From positions 96,001 through 160,000 of the forward strand of contig CAVPKK010000003.1 in NCBI GenBank assembly GCA_963705705.1: a DNA stretch of 64,000 nucleotides, given 5' to 3'. Below the pieces are notes generated by a model. It made no database searches. It had not been told where the DNA came from and saw only the letters and a list, made by a program, of their open reading frames with translations. The position numbers were made by a program, and so were the translations under genes. The DNA is from an uncultured bacterium (lineage in GTDB: Bacteria; Babelota; Babeliae; Babelales; JABCYS01). This document shows, piece by piece, positions 21,100 through 31,818 of this stretch (position 1 is the first letter of the stretch; every line of letters begins with the position of its first letter).

Positions 21100-22944
21100 T
21101 TATGCTTGCCGCATGTTATGCTTCAACTCTTCAAATTTTGCTAACAATTCTTGAACGCGCGCTTCGTTGCGTTCTGCTTGTGCCGTTGCTAATGCGATGC
21201 GTAAATCATGCATCTGGGTTTGCCATTGTTTCTTCTGAAACTGTTGAAATAGTTGTTCGATAGTACGAATATCCTCTTCATCACTGAGTATGAGCTGTGC
21301 TGTTAATTGTTGTTGTTCTGCTGGTAGGGTTGCTATGAATTCTCCCAGGCCACATTCTGGTTGCGCCATACGCGCCTGCAAAATCAGTTGTATCTGTGGC
21401 GAAAAGGTAGAAATTATATTAGCAGATAGCACTTTTTCAAAGGATAACGTGCCCGAAAGTATAGCAGAAGCCAGTTTTTTCTCTATGAGGGGTAGTTCGG
21501 GACTTGGTTCATCTTCTTCATTTTTTGTTGACTCAGAGATTGGAGGCCCCTCAACCTTATGTGACGAACGCTTTTCAAGTCGAACCTCCTCTAATACTAT
21601 TTGGGTCGGAACACCCATTATGCCGCTCGCCTGCTGGAGCAGTAATCCCTGTTTTAAGGGCTCGGTTATGTTGCGAAGTAGGCTAATGATTTTATGACCA
21701 ATCTTTAACTTTTCAGCCAGGGGCAGCTGGGTAAAACCGGTACCAAGACTATCAATATAAAATGTAAAAAGGTCTTTGGCCTGAGCTATGTATTGGTCTA
21801 GGGGACCGACTATATTTTCGGAATCAGGTGTTCCCTGATTCCGTTGTTGCGAAGCAACAAATCCTGGTGTGCAGGGAGGAGTCCCTGCTGGGAGCAGGGC
21901 GAAGCCCGCTAATACCGATGCCGGATCTTGGCCTGGAGGAAGGGTGATGACCTTGAGTTCCAAGTTAACTTCCCAGCAGAGTTCGGCTAGCCGGAGCATG
22001 GCCTTTTGGCCAGCGGCATCACCATCATATAAAACATAAACAGTGTGAACGTGGCGGGATAATAGTTTAAGGTGCTCGGAGGTGCAGGCAGTACCAAGGG
22101 TGGCTACGGTATTGGTATAACCGGCCTGTGCCATGGCAATGCAGTCGGTATATCCCTCAACCAAAAATACAGTGCCCTTTTGATGCATGGCCGATTTTGC
22201 CATATCGAAGCCAAATAGCAGAGATCCTTTTATAAAAAAATCATGCTCGCGTGAGTTATAATACTTAGCCCGCTCATCTTTTTCTCTGAAGACACGCCCG
22301 CCAAAACCACACATCCGGCCAACCTGATCTTTAATGGGGAATAAGAGGCGCTCTTCAAATGGGGAATAGAGCATCTGCCGCCCTTGTTCTACCAAGTGCC
22401 AATTCAATAGATCATCAATCAGAAATTTCTTTGTTGCCAGATGAGAAATAAGTAGCTTAAGCCCCGGACCGCCGGGCAGATAACCAATGGACCATTGTTT
22501 TAAAGTCTCAGCCGTGAATCCACGCTTAATAAAATAATTTAATGCTATTGGTGTTTTGAGTAACTGTTCGTGAGTCCAAGCGGCTACCGTGGCATAGAGC
22601 TCATGAAAACGTTTCCGCTCATCAGAGGAGCTAGAACCATGTGCGGCTGTAAGAAGCTCCGGGGGAACTTCAAGTTGATAGCGCTCGATTAAGAACTTTG
22701 CGGCATCCAGCGGTGCACAATGTTCCGCTTTTTCTATAAAACCAATTACATCGCCGGTTACATGGCAACCGAAGCAATAAAAAATCTCTTTAAGCGGACT
22801 GACCGTAAATGATGCAGTCCGTTCACTATGGAAAGGACACGGCCCTTTGTAATAACCACCGGCCTTTTTAAGCGCAGCATATTCTGATGCTACATCCAGT
22901 ATTTGAATACGTGATTTTACGAAGGTGAATAGGTTTGAGGCCAT
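21100..22944 (-). CDS. dnaG: DNA primase
   Basis: CPFH...CFGC zinc finger, GFGGR, KYYNS, VEGYTD, YDGDAAG TOPRIM. Confidence 0.96.
   Translation of the reverse strand: MASNLFTFVKSRIQILDVASEYAALKKAGGYYKGPCPFHSERTASFTVSPLKEIFYCFGCHVTGDVIGFIEKAEHCAPLDAAKFLIERYQLEVPPELLTAAHGSSSSDERKRFHELYATVAAWTHEQLLKTPIALNYFIKRGFTAETLKQWSIGYLPGGPGLKLLISHLATKKFLIDDLLNWHLVEQGRQMLYSPFEERLLFPIKDQVGRMCGFGGRVFREKDERAKYYNSREHDFFIKGSLLFGFDMAKSAMHQKGTVFLVEGYTDCIAMAQAGYTNTVATLGTACTSEHLKLLSRHVHTVYVLYDGDAAGQKAMLRLAELCWEVNLELKVITLPPGQDPASVLAGFALLPAGTPPCTPGFVASQQRNQGTPDSENIVGPLDQYIAQAKDLFTFYIDSLGTGFTQLPLAEKLKIGHKIISLLRNITEPLKQGLLLQQASGIMGVPTQIVLEEVRLEKRSSHKVEGPPISESTKNEEDEPSPELPLIEKKLASAILSGTLSFEKVLSANIISTFSPQIQLILQARMAQPECGLGEFIATLPAEQQQLTAQLILSDEEDIRTIEQLFQQFQKKQWQTQMHDLRIALATAQAERNEARVQELLAKFEELKHNMRQA
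21819..21907. repeat. Multi-hairpin insertion inside dnaG (family B-related)
   Basis: Four consecutive hairpins: CGGAATCAGG/CCTGATTCCG, TTGTTGC/GCAACAA, GCAGGGA/TCCCTGC, GGGC-GAA-GCCC. Confidence 0.7.
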
Positions 22945-24839
22945 GATCTTTTTTCTCTGATTCTAAAGATTAAAAGTGAGATCGCGGCCGGCGTTATGCC
23001 GGGAATAAGAGACGCTTGTGCAATTGTTTGCGGCTTGAACTTAATGAGCTTTTGTTTGAGCTCAGTCGACAATCCCTCAATGCCGTTAATGTCTAACCAG
23101 TCCGGAATTTTTAGTTCTTGAAACATGCGCGCTTTTTCTACTTCCTTAAGCTCACGCGCAATGTATGGGCCATACTGAATTTCTGCCTGAACACTCAATA
23201 ATGCCCGATCGGAAAGTTCTGAATTGAGTGCTCGAAGTTCGGCATGCCTAGATAAGGTTGAGTTAATCTCGCAGATTGTTTGGTCACAGTTATTGATTTC
23301 AGGTTGATCTGACTGCGGAGCGAGAGATTGCTCCTCGGGTCCAGGGCCTCGCCCTGGTAAAAACATCTCGAACAGTTGCTGCGGTGTCTTGCTTGCCTTT
23401 AGTTTTTTAACCGTATCATCAACCAATTCTTTTTCGCGTTTTATAGCAGAAAACAATGGATCATCTATTAAACCTAAAGCATGGGAGCGAGTGCCTAGGC
23501 GATCAAAAACGTTATCCTGCCGCAATAACAATCTTCGTTCAGCGCGAGAGGTAAACATTCGATATGGTTCATCAACACCCAGGGTAACCAGATCATCGAT
23601 CATAATACCTATATAACTTTCTTGCCGGTCGAGAATGAAAGCCTCTTGAACTCCTTTTGTCTTTAACGCTGCATTAATTCCCGCAATGATTCCTTGGCCA
23701 GCGGCTTCTTCATAACCAGTAGTGCCATTAATTTGTCCCGCGCAAAAGAGACCGGAAATCTTTTTGGTTTCTAATGAGTGATTGAGCTGGTTTGGTAAAA
23801 TAAAGTCATATTCTACTGCATAGCCCGGGCGAACAATGGTTGCATTTTCAAACCCCTGGATTGTGCGCACATATTGAAGTTGGACTTCATAGGGCAAAGA
23901 GGTCGAAATGCCGTTTGGATAAATTTCTTCTGAAGAGGCGCTTTCCGGTTCTACAAAAATTTGATGAGAAGTTTTATGAGGGAAGCGAGCAATCTTATCT
24001 TCAATGCTTGGGCAATAGCGCGGGCCAATTCCTTTAATATTACCACTGTACATGGGCGAAAGGTGAAGATTGTCTGCAATAATTTTATGCGTCTGTTCAT
24101 TGGTTCGCGTGATATAACAATCGCGCGTTGTTTGCACTTCTAATCCATTGAACTCAAACAAATAGGTGAGCTTTTCAGTTTCCTGTTTTTCCATACGACT
24201 GAAATCCAAGCTCGAACGCAATAAGCGCGGAGGTGTTCCGGTTTTTAGCCGACCCATTTCAAGACCAAGTTTATGGATGAAGGTAGAAAGATTTGCGACC
24301 GCCTCTTCTCCCTGGCGACCAGCAGAATAGTTAGTTTGGCCGACATGGATGAGCCCTTTGAGGAATGTACCGGTAGTAATAACAACAGCGGGTGCAGTAT
24401 ACGAAGCACCTTCACGCGTTTTCAAACCGCGAATCTCATTGTTTTCAATAAGCAACTCTTCCACCATACCTTGGACAATCGTAAGATGTGGCGTTTGCGC
24501 CAAGGTTTCTTGGGCTAGTTTGTTGTAGGCATGTTTGTCGATTTGCAATCTGAGGCCATGAACCGCCGGACCTTTGCTCGTATTAAGCATGCGAGCTTGT
24601 AGATAGGTTTTGCTGCAGAGCTTGGGCATTAAACCGCCCAGGGCAGCAATTTCAAATACAATGTGGCCTTTGCCAACGCCGCCGACTGCCGGATTGCAGG
24701 GCATATAACCAATGCGATCAATGTTGAGGGTAACTAATAACGTGCGCCGGCCCAAACGTGCTGCGGCGTAGGCAGCCTCAATACCAGCGTGGCCACCACC
24801 GACCACAATAACATCAAAATCGTATGTTGAATTGCTCAT
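22917..24839 (-). CDS. mnmG: tRNA U34 carboxymethylaminomethyl modification enzyme MnmG (GidA)
   Basis: [63 protein letters not shown]. Confidence 0.97.
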   Translation of the reverse strand: MSNSTYDFDVIVVGGGHAGIEAAYAAARLGRRTLLVTLNIDRIGYMPCNPAVGGVGKGHIVFEIAALGGLMPKLCSKTYLQARMLNTSKGPAVHGLRLQIDKHAYNKLAQETLAQTPHLTIVQGMVEELLIENNEIRGLKTREGASYTAPAVVITTGTFLKGLIHVGQTNYSAGRQGEEAVANLSTFIHKLGLEMGRLKTGTPPRLLRSSLDFSRMEKQETEKLTYLFEFNGLEVQTTRDCYITRTNEQTHKIIADNLHLSPMYSGNIKGIGPRYCPSIEDKIARFPHKTSHQIFVEPESASSEEIYPNGISTSLPYEVQLQYVRTIQGFENATIVRPGYAVEYDFILPNQLNHSLETKKISGLFCAGQINGTTGYEEAAGQGIIAGINAALKTKGVQEAFILDRQESYIGIMIDDLVTLGVDEPYRMFTSRAERRLLLRQDNVFDRLGTRSHALGLIDDPLFSAIKREKELVDDTVKKLKASKTPQQLFEMFLPGRGPGPEEQSLAPQSDQPEINNCDQTICEINSTLSRHAELRALNSELSDRALLSVQAEIQYGPYIARELKEVEKARMFQELKIPDWLDINGIEGLSTELKQKLIKFKPQTIAQASLIPGITPAAISLLIFRIREKRSWPQTYSPS

Positions 24840-24959
24840 AATTTTTGTAATACTTCGGATTTCTAAAAGGTCATGGTAGTGTAGTGGAAATTATCTGGGG
24901 TGCAAAAGCATTCTTGGACCTATTCAGATTAATTCTTCGCAAAAGATTTGACTAGAAAT

Positions 24960-25044
24960 CCGATAATCCTGAGTTGATCGAAGTTGGGGTCCCCGAACTT
25001 GGGTTCCCTCTCAGGGTGAGTTTGGGGTAAAAGGATCAGAGCGG
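24960..25044 (+). repeat. Palindromic repeat family A
   Basis: TCCTGAGTTGATCGAAG-TTGGGGTCCCCGAACTTGGGTTCCCTCTCAGGGTGAGTTTGGGGTAAAAGGATCAGAGCGG. Confidence 0.85.
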
Positions 25045-25102
25045 AAAGAAGGTATTCGCTGACCCATAAAAATAAATTCAGTAAATTCATCAACGCAATA
25101 TT

Positions 25103-25840
25103 ATGAACCCAATCTTACTACCCATTTACGGCCCAGTTTCCATCCAAGCCTGGGGCTTCATGATAGTCTTAGGCTTATTGATCACCACCTATCTTATGCG
25201 TCGCGATCCTAGTAAAGATATGACTGACGACCAGTTATATACCCTTATAACGGGCTGTATTATCTGGGGGGTTATCGGATGCCGACTTCTCTATATTGTA
25301 ACAACACCTGATATGACGTTATGGGATCGTGTTTTTTCCTTGAGCGGTGGTGCGATTTTGGGCGGTATCATAGCCGACATTTTATTCATTGTTTGGTATG
25401 CCAAGCATATCGGCAAGCCTGCATTTAAAGTTCTTGATTTTGTTGGCCTGTATACGCCTTTTCTCTATTCCTTTGGCCGCATCGGCTGTTTTTTTGCCGG
25501 TTGCTGCTACGGCGCACCGACTACAATTGCTTGGGCGGTAACCTATACCCATCCTGAATCCGCAGCTCCATTATGCGTTGCTTTACACCCAAGCCAACTA
25601 TATAGCTCAGCTTCATTGGCGGTCATTTTCATTTTTTTATATTGGATTCGGCCACGATTATCCCATTCAGGACAATTAATTTCCCTGAGCGTCTTTCTCA
25701 TGAGCATGGAACGGTTTGTTAATGACTTCTTCCGTGAAGAGCATGGCTCTGGCTTGATTAGTCAAATGCAATGGTTAGCACTTGGAATGGCTGTTTTGTC
25801 TGCAATAATGTTTGTGGCTGTGAGCTGTAAACGACGTTAG
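25103..25840 (+). CDS. lgt: Prolipoprotein diacylglyceryl transferase
   Basis: GRIGCFFAGCCYG, LHPSQLY, ERFVNDFFR. Confidence 0.9.
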   Translation: MNPILLPIYGPVSIQAWGFMIVLGLLITTYLMRRDPSKDMTDDQLYTLITGCIIWGVIGCRLLYIVTTPDMTLWDRVFSLSGGAILGGIIADILFIVWYAKHIGKPAFKVLDFVGLYTPFLYSFGRIGCFFAGCCYGAPTTIAWAVTYTHPESAAPLCVALHPSQLYSSASLAVIFIFLYWIRPRLSHSGQLISLSVFLMSMERFVNDFFREEHGSGLISQMQWLALGMAVLSAIMFVAVSCKRR

Positions 25841-26026
25841 AGCTTTGAAAGTTCGCAAAAGGCTTCGTTATATTCCCTGAGCGTTTCTTCTAGAACTTGT
25901 TGGAATTTCTTTTCTTTGCTGACTGCAGAAGTTTCACGTTTCTTAGGAATAGCTGTTTTTTGGTGCCAGCTTTTTTAGTTGGCTGCCGACCAATGTTCTT
26001 TTTTAATTTCTTAATTTTTCGTCCGA

Positions 26027-26359
26027 TTAATCTTCAATAACTGCTGATTCATGTGGCTTAAGAAGTATCAACTTTGTATTGATATGATCTTCAAAATTAT
26101 TAGAAACCCGTCTCAATTTTAATAACACATACCCATCGTCAGGCATACATTTTTCTCCAAAGGTCAAGAGATTATGGAATGTTGCTCGGCCGCAGGATTC
26201 AACTAGATAATTTGGATATCCTTCGTTATCAAATGTTGTTGCAAAAACAAGTGTGTCACCATTATAAGGATCAGTTTTTCTTATTTCGACCTGACGCGCA
26301 GAGTGTTGTGGAGAGCTGGCAAGCATGAGCATACTTATTAGTAAACCGATAAGTTTCAT
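26027..26359 (-). CDS. Hypothetical secreted protein
   Basis: Signal-peptide-like start; GAAGGA SD-like sequence. Confidence 0.55.
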   Translation of the reverse strand: MKLIGLLISMLMLASSPQHSARQVEIRKTDPYNGDTLVFATTFDNEGYPNYLVESCGRATFHNLLTFGEKCMPDDGYVLLKLRRVSNNFEDHINTKLILLKPHESAVIED

Positions 26360-26426
26360 TCGATTCCTTCCAATTTGATGTGTGCAATGTCTAATTAAAA
26401 CATTGATTCATTATAATCTATTTAAT

Positions 26427-27452
26427 TTAATGAGCTTCTGTTCTCAAAAATCGATCAGCATCAATAGCGGCCCTGATACCGTCACCGGCTGCAATGCCCG
26501 CTTGGTGGTAGTCGCTATCAGCAACATCACCCGCAGCGAAGACACCAGGAATAGAAGTTTTTTGGCTTTGACCAGATACCGCAATGTAGCCATGTTTATC
26601 AAGCTTGAGCTTGCCGCGAACTAAAGAGCTATTTGGTTCATGACCGATAGCAATGAAAACGCCGTCGACTGGCATAGTTGTTGGTCCTGCGCGTTTTGTA
26701 GTATCAACAATCTCAAGGTCCAATATCTTTTTTTGTCTCTTCTTTTCTGGATCTTGTATCGTTTTGCCTGACACGCTTTTTATTTCGGTATTGAAGCGAA
26801 CTTCTACATTCTTCGCCTCAGCTACTCGCTTTTGCATGATATCTGATGCGCGGAATTTTGGAGCGCGAACAAACATGGTTACTTGTTTAGCATATACTGC
26901 AACCTGAAGAGCTTCTTCAATCGCCGCATCGCCGCCACCGACAACTACCACTTGTTTATTCTTGTATAACGGAGCATCGCAGATCGCGCAGGTGCTTATA
27001 CCGTCGCCTAATAGCTCCTGCTCGCCAGGAACCCCAAGCATTTTTGGATTGGATCCAGTAGCAATAATTACCGAGCGGGCCAGAACTTCTGCTCCATCAT
27101 CAGTTTTGATCGCAAATGGCCGTTTTGATATATCAAGATTTGTAACTACATCTTCAAGATGGTGGGCGCCATAGGAAGTTGCTTGTTCAGAAAGATGACC
27201 CATAAGATTCATGCCGCCAGTGCGAGAAACACCAGGCCAGTTTTCGATAGCTGAGGTTTTGCTGAGTTGCCCACCTGGCGTATTGCCAGTGATAACTAGC
27301 GTGTTATTGCCGAGTCGAGCACCATAAAGCGCTGCACTCCATCCCGCGGGGCCAGATCCAATGATAGCAATATCAACAAGTTTCGGTTGCTGTGCGGCAT
27401 GGATTGAGCTACAAAACAAACCAAGGAATAATAAGAAAGAATAATGCTTCAT
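26427..27452 (-). CDS. trxB: Thioredoxin reductase with signal-peptide-like extension
   Basis: IIGSGPAG, PGGQL, IENWPG, CAICD, VVGGGDAA, FIAIGHEPN, FAAGDV. Confidence 0.9.
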   Translation of the reverse strand: MKHYSFLLFLGLFCSSIHAAQQPKLVDIAIIGSGPAGWSAALYGARLGNNTLVITGNTPGGQLSKTSAIENWPGVSRTGGMNLMGHLSEQATSYGAHHLEDVVTNLDISKRPFAIKTDDGAEVLARSVIIATGSNPKMLGVPGEQELLGDGISTCAICDAPLYKNKQVVVVGGGDAAIEEALQVAVYAKQVTMFVRAPKFRASDIMQKRVAEAKNVEVRFNTEIKSVSGKTIQDPEKKRQKKILDLEIVDTTKRAGPTTMPVDGVFIAIGHEPNSSLVRGKLKLDKHGYIAVSGQSQKTSIPGVFAAGDVADSDYHQAGIAAGDGIRAAIDADRFLRTEAH

Positions 27453-27488
27453 TAGGCCTTTTTCCCTTTCAACGCGGCATCGCGTGAT

Positions 27489-28133
27489 CTATTTCTTTTT
27501 AGTTTCCATTAATGGATTAAGGCGCATTATCAACGCAGGCCACTTCATGGGGTCAGACGTTAAAAATTCTCTCTTAAAGTCTGAAGGCAAAAGACTTTTA
27601 ATATGTGGTTTGCCTAATTTATTTTTTAATTCAAGTATTTTGTTTTCACCTAAGCAATCGATAATGGCATCACGTAAGGAAGTATACACACCTTCACTAT
27701 CGTCGCACAAGATTTCCGATAGGGCTAAGAATGTATCTAGCTGTGAAAAGCAAGTAATGTTGGTTGGAACAACAAAAGGTTTTTTAGGGCCACGCATCAA
27801 CTGTTCGGCAAGTTTATTAAATACAGCTTCACGCATTTCTCGTGGCATGTGGCGAATAACCTCCGCCTTTTCCTCATATGAAGCAGCGAGTAACGCTTGG
27901 GCATCTATAAGTTCCATTTCCCCTGTGCCTGATCGTTTTGGAATGCGATTAACTTCTGCCTCAAGCATGTATCCAACGAGTTGATCTATAAGCTCAGGTT
28001 TGATTTGATCACGATGCTCAAGGTATTCATGTCGCACCTTAGGACCACGGGGTGCACTCGCCTCTGCCATTGATGCATAAGCACATGTCAGGAGTGTGAT
28101 CGAAAATGCGATGTTCTTAATATTCTTTTTCAT
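27489..28133 (-). CDS. Hypothetical secreted protein
   Basis: GGAG SD; signal-peptide-like start. Confidence 0.65.
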   Translation of the reverse strand: MKKNIKNIAFSITLLTCAYASMAEASAPRGPKVRHEYLEHRDQIKPELIDQLVGYMLEAEVNRIPKRSGTGEMELIDAQALLAASYEEKAEVIRHMPREMREAVFNKLAEQLMRGPKKPFVVPTNITCFSQLDTFLALSEILCDDSEGVYTSLRDAIIDCLGENKILELKNKLGKPHIKSLLPSDFKREFLTSDPMKWPALIMRLNPLMETKKK

Positions 28134-28460
28134 GATAGTTCTCCAAGGTTAAAACCTTCGACGACTCTAGCGCCCAATCATTCTCCATTTTTGAGCGGTT
28201 CTTTTTCCCCGAGCCGTTAAATTATATGTCTTGTAGTTCCTTACTTTCCTTTTAAGGGTAACGGCCATTCTAATGGGCAAAACTCAATAGTCAAAGCCTT
28301 TTTGTACATATAGAAATGTTTACCATTGATTATTTTACGCTGCCTGAGTTATAGAATAGAAGAATGCATATTGCGAATTTTAGTTATTTCGATGCCTTGA
28401 GAATTGCCTGAATGATGTCATGACTTAGATAGTCGCAGAACCTCTTGGTTTGATCCTCAA

Positions 28461-28497
28461 CGCTCGGGTTCCCCTTTTAGGATGAGATTGGGGTAAA
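28461..28497 (+). repeat. Degenerate palindromic repeat family A (inner module)
   Basis: CTCGGGTTCCCCTTTTAGGATGAGATTGGGGTAAA. Confidence 0.65.
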
Positions 28498-28609
28498 TGA
28501 ATATCCGCGATGATGACATGCAAAGAAAACAGGTTCATAAGGTCTTTATGCCTTCAAAAATTTAAGTAATAAGTTAACTTTGCAAAGCAGTTAAAAGTTT
28601 TAGGACCCC

Positions 28610-29674
28610 ATGCTCTATCATTTAGCCCAACAATTAACATCGATTGCCCATGCATTTAATGTAATCCATTATGTGAGCTTCCGCTCAATAGCGGCGCTCC
28701 TTACAGCGCTCATCTTTTCTTTTTTGTTTGGGAACTGGTTCATTGAAAAATCAAAACTTTTTTTCCGCGCCAAAGCTCGGGAATGGACGCCTGAAAACCA
28801 CCGAGCAAAAGATGACATGCCAACCATGGGTGGCATTTTTATCATTGCGACTACCATTTTTACCACATTACTTTGGGCAAATTGGTCTAAGCCGCAAGTG
28901 TGGCTCATGATGGCCTGCATCATTGGTAATGGCGCAATCGGGTTTTGGGATGATTGGAAGAAGATCAAATTTAAAAAAGGTATTTCAGCACGCACAAAAT
29001 TTTTGTTGCAAATAGGTTTCGCAACCGCTTTGGTAATCGCCTGGCTGATGATGACTAGCACATCAACAATGGTAACTGTGCCATTCTTTAAAAACTTTAA
29101 TCCCGACCTCGGATTATTCTTTATCCCGTGGGCTGTCTTTATTTTGGTAGGCACTGCAAATGCCGTGAACCTAACCGATGGGCTTGATGGCTTAGCCATG
29201 GGCTCACTAATCCCAAATTTTATTACTTTCTCAATTATTACCTACTTAGCAGGGCATGTGTTGCTTGCTCAATACTTGCACATCCCATTCGCCGATAGCG
29301 CAGAAATTACGGTAATAGGATCAACGCTCGTCGGTGCATCGCTTGGTTTTTTGTGGTACAACGCTTATCCCGCTCAAATTTTCATGGGCGACGTTGGCTC
29401 ATTAGCTTTGGGTAGTGCTCTCGCCTTTATGGCACTGTTAGCAAAAGAAGAACTATTACTTGCCATCGCCGGTGGCTTATTTGTCGTCGAAGCTTTATCC
29501 GTGATCATCCAAGTCTGGTCATTCCGCTATCTCGGCCGCCGCTTATTCAAAATGGCGCCTATTCACCATCATTATGAACTCAAAGGATGGCAGGAATCTA
29601 AAATCACCGTTCGCTTTGGCATTATCTCATTAGTTCTATGCTTGCTTGCGTTATTAACATTAAAGATGCGGTAA
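28610..29674 (+). CDS. mraY: Phospho-N-acetylmuramoyl-pentapeptide transferase
   Basis: PTMGG, GFWDD, NAVNLTDGLDGLA, FMGDVGS, MAPIHHHYE. Confidence 0.97.
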   Translation: MLYHLAQQLTSIAHAFNVIHYVSFRSIAALLTALIFSFLFGNWFIEKSKLFFRAKAREWTPENHRAKDDMPTMGGIFIIATTIFTTLLWANWSKPQVWLMMACIIGNGAIGFWDDWKKIKFKKGISARTKFLLQIGFATALVIAWLMMTSTSTMVTVPFFKNFNPDLGLFFIPWAVFILVGTANAVNLTDGLDGLAMGSLIPNFITFSIITYLAGHVLLAQYLHIPFADSAEITVIGSTLVGASLGFLWYNAYPAQIFMGDVGSLALGSALAFMALLAKEELLLAIAGGLFVVEALSVIIQVWSFRYLGRRLFKMAPIHHHYELKGWQESKITVRFGIISLVLCLLALLTLKMR

Positions 29675-29710
29675 ACAAAAAAGCTCCCCGATTTACGAGG
29701 AGCTCTGATT
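29651..29710 (+). repeat. Direct repeat copy 1: mraY 3' end plus terminator
   Basis: TTATTAACATTAAAGATGCGGTAAACAAAAAAGCTCCCCGATTTACGAGGAGCTCTGATT; second copy at 30743-30802. Confidence 0.9.
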
Positions 29711-29759
29711 CTGAACATTGTCTTGTTGTATCTCGTAATTTGCTTTCAATTCATTTAGC

Positions 29760-30533
29760 TTATTTTGCAGATTGCAGCAGATTTTTGTAGGCCATATCAA
29801 TCTTCTTAAACGCCTCGGTTGCAAGATCTATTTTTTCTTTTTCGGGCAGAGTTGCAAGATCAGGCTCAGCATACCTTGATTTAGCTGGCTCTTCAGTGAT
29901 TTTATCTGGGTGCCATGCTTTAGCCATTTTACGATATGCAGTTTTTACCATTGTTTTATTTTTGGCATTATTAGCTGAAAGGCCTAAAATCTCTGCGTTG
30001 CTGGCGTTAGGCTTTACCTTAAGGACGGTATACCATCCAAGTGGTTGGGCGGCAGCTTTAGGTTGCGCTGGCTTTTGACTGGCCCTAAATTTTTCCAATG
30101 GTCCAACATCCACGACCTTAATATCTTTTGCGAGAACATTGCCTTTGATTGCTATTCCATAAGATGTTTGCGGCTCAATCTTGTAAGCACCACCTGAGTA
30201 AACAATACGTATAGCCAGCTCTCTCATATTCTTGGTGTCAAACTGGTAGACGAAGGCAGCCTCGGGTTTTGATTCTTCGTAAAATAATATTTGGGGTTTG
30301 TTGGCCGGCACCAAGTCATGACCTTCTGACACATTCGCCGTAATTGCAGTCGAAGACACCATACCAGGTAAAGTATTTGCAGGCCCGCTAAAGCGAGGTT
30401 TTTTTTCATCTGTGCCGATAACATAAACAAATGGTGAATTGGTTTTGTTTAGGAATCTAAGTTTGATGGTCGCTTGTGAAGCCAAACAGGCTGAAGCCCA
30501 TAATCCAAAGGTGAGAATCATTAGTTTCTTCAT
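29760..30533 (-). CDS. Secreted protein with C-terminal DnaJ (J) domain
   Basis: Signal-peptide-like start; KTAYRKMAKAWHPDK...ATEAFKKIDMAYKNL. Confidence 0.85.
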   Translation of the reverse strand: MKKLMILTFGLWASACLASQATIKLRFLNKTNSPFVYVIGTDEKKPRFSGPANTLPGMVSSTAITANVSEGHDLVPANKPQILFYEESKPEAAFVYQFDTKNMRELAIRIVYSGGAYKIEPQTSYGIAIKGNVLAKDIKVVDVGPLEKFRASQKPAQPKAAAQPLGWYTVLKVKPNASNAEILGLSANNAKNKTMVKTAYRKMAKAWHPDKITEEPAKSRYAEPDLATLPEKEKIDLATEAFKKIDMAYKNLLQSAK

Positions 30534-30742
30534 AGTCTTTCCTTTTTTTAAAATTATTTATTCAACCCCGTTTGAGGCTTTCTCAAATACAGGGTCAGCA
30601 CTAATTGTAAGGCAGAAGGGGGAGGTGATTTCAAGGGTTTTGGTAGCGGCATAGCGGAAAATGCCCGGAGACGTGTCAATGCTCTGACTGCCGAATGTTT
30701 ACGTTTGCGATTATCGTGCTGATCCATCCGCGCCTGCTCCCA

Positions 30743-30802
30743 TTATTAACCTTGAAAATGCGGTAAATAAAAAAGCTCCCCGATTTACGAGGAGCTCTGA
30801 TT
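30743..30802 (+). repeat. Direct repeat copy 2: mraY 3' end plus terminator
   Basis: TTATTAACCTTGAAAATGCGGTAAATAAAAAAGCTCCCCGATTTACGAGGAGCTCTGATT. Confidence 0.9.
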
Positions 30803-30813
30803 TAGAAGAAAAG

Positions 30814-31170
30814 TTATTTGCCACAAAAGAGTGCATCTAATCCATGATTAAGTGCTTCAAGACCCATAACAGTGCCAATGATTCCACCGGTTAAATTGGC
30901 TAAACAATCTGCATTTGGCCCAATCAATTTGCGAGTGCTATAGGCTCCGCCTAAAAAGATCATTGACTTTAAAAGGCTCTTGATCCTTCTTGCCTCTTTC
31001 TCTGTGAAAAAAGATCTAATCTCATTAGCTGCATTTTCTGCAATTCCAAGCTTAGCTGTTTCAGCAATTGGTTGTGTTTTAAGAGGTGTTGTAGGTGTAG
31101 CTGTTTGTGCCATTACTGGGAAAAATGATAGTCCCGTTAATGCGATAAGTGTTAATTGCTTGATATTCAT
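30814..31170 (-). CDS. Small secreted/membrane protein, paralog 1
   Basis: MNIKQLTLIAL start; SFFTEKE...LLKSMIFLGGAYSTRK. Confidence 0.7.
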   Translation of the reverse strand: MNIKQLTLIALTGLSFFPVMAQTATPTTPLKTQPIAETAKLGIAENAANEIRSFFTEKEARRIKSLLKSMIFLGGAYSTRKLIGPNADCLANLTGGIIGTVMGLEALNHGLDALFCGK

Positions 31171-31197
31171 AATGATCTCCACATAAAATAGTTAGCG

Positions 31198-31788
31198 TTA
31201 AAAATTGGTTTCGGGTGCCGGCCACAAAACGGCATCTCTCTTTGCAGGATCCTGAAGAGCTTGCTCAAGCCTTTTCAGTTGTTCTTGCACATCAAGGCGT
31301 ACATTCGCAGGAGTCTTTTTGTTGGCAAGAAGTTCTTTGCAAGAAGTTATGCCGGCCTTGATCATCTGCTCTTCAGAAAGAATTTGTTCGGCATCAGATG
31401 ACTTTGTTTGGCTATCGAGTTTTCGTAAGCCAGGCGTATATAAATTCCAGTTTGGTCTGCGTTCAAATAGATATGGACAAATTGCTCGAACTAAATGTTC
31501 AACCGATATGATACCCATTCCAGCTGCCAAAATATCGCCAAATATTGCAATGAATGCCGGTGTGTAAGAGGCAACTTTGTGAGTTCCATATGCACCGCCG
31601 AAAAAGAGCATGGATTTTACCAAGTGATTAAGCTGTCTTTTTTCTTCATCATTGAAAAAAGATTTTAACTTCTGCGATATAGCAGAAGTTCTCTGTTGAA
31701 TAGTTTTTTCTGTTTTAGGCTGTGGTGCTGCTTGAATTGCAGCTGCCATTAAGGCCAAAGATACCAGTGTTATGCATTTAATATTCAT
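31198..31788 (-). CDS. Small secreted/membrane protein, paralog 2
   Basis: MNIKCITLVSL start; SFFNDEE...LVKSMLFFGGAYGTHK; GGAGG SD. Confidence 0.7.
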   Translation of the reverse strand: MNIKCITLVSLALMAAAIQAAPQPKTEKTIQQRTSAISQKLKSFFNDEEKRQLNHLVKSMLFFGGAYGTHKVASYTPAFIAIFGDILAAGMGIISVEHLVRAICPYLFERRPNWNLYTPGLRKLDSQTKSSDAEQILSEEQMIKAGITSCKELLANKKTPANVRLDVQEQLKRLEQALQDPAKRDAVLWPAPETNF

Positions 31789-31818
31789 ATAAACCTCCAA
31801 ATAAAATGCGATTGTTTG

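Noticed and set aside
28140..28600. Riboswitch or ncRNA upstream of mraY
   Set aside because: Only a decayed family A fragment is recognisable; I cannot support a known RNA motif without an Rfam search.
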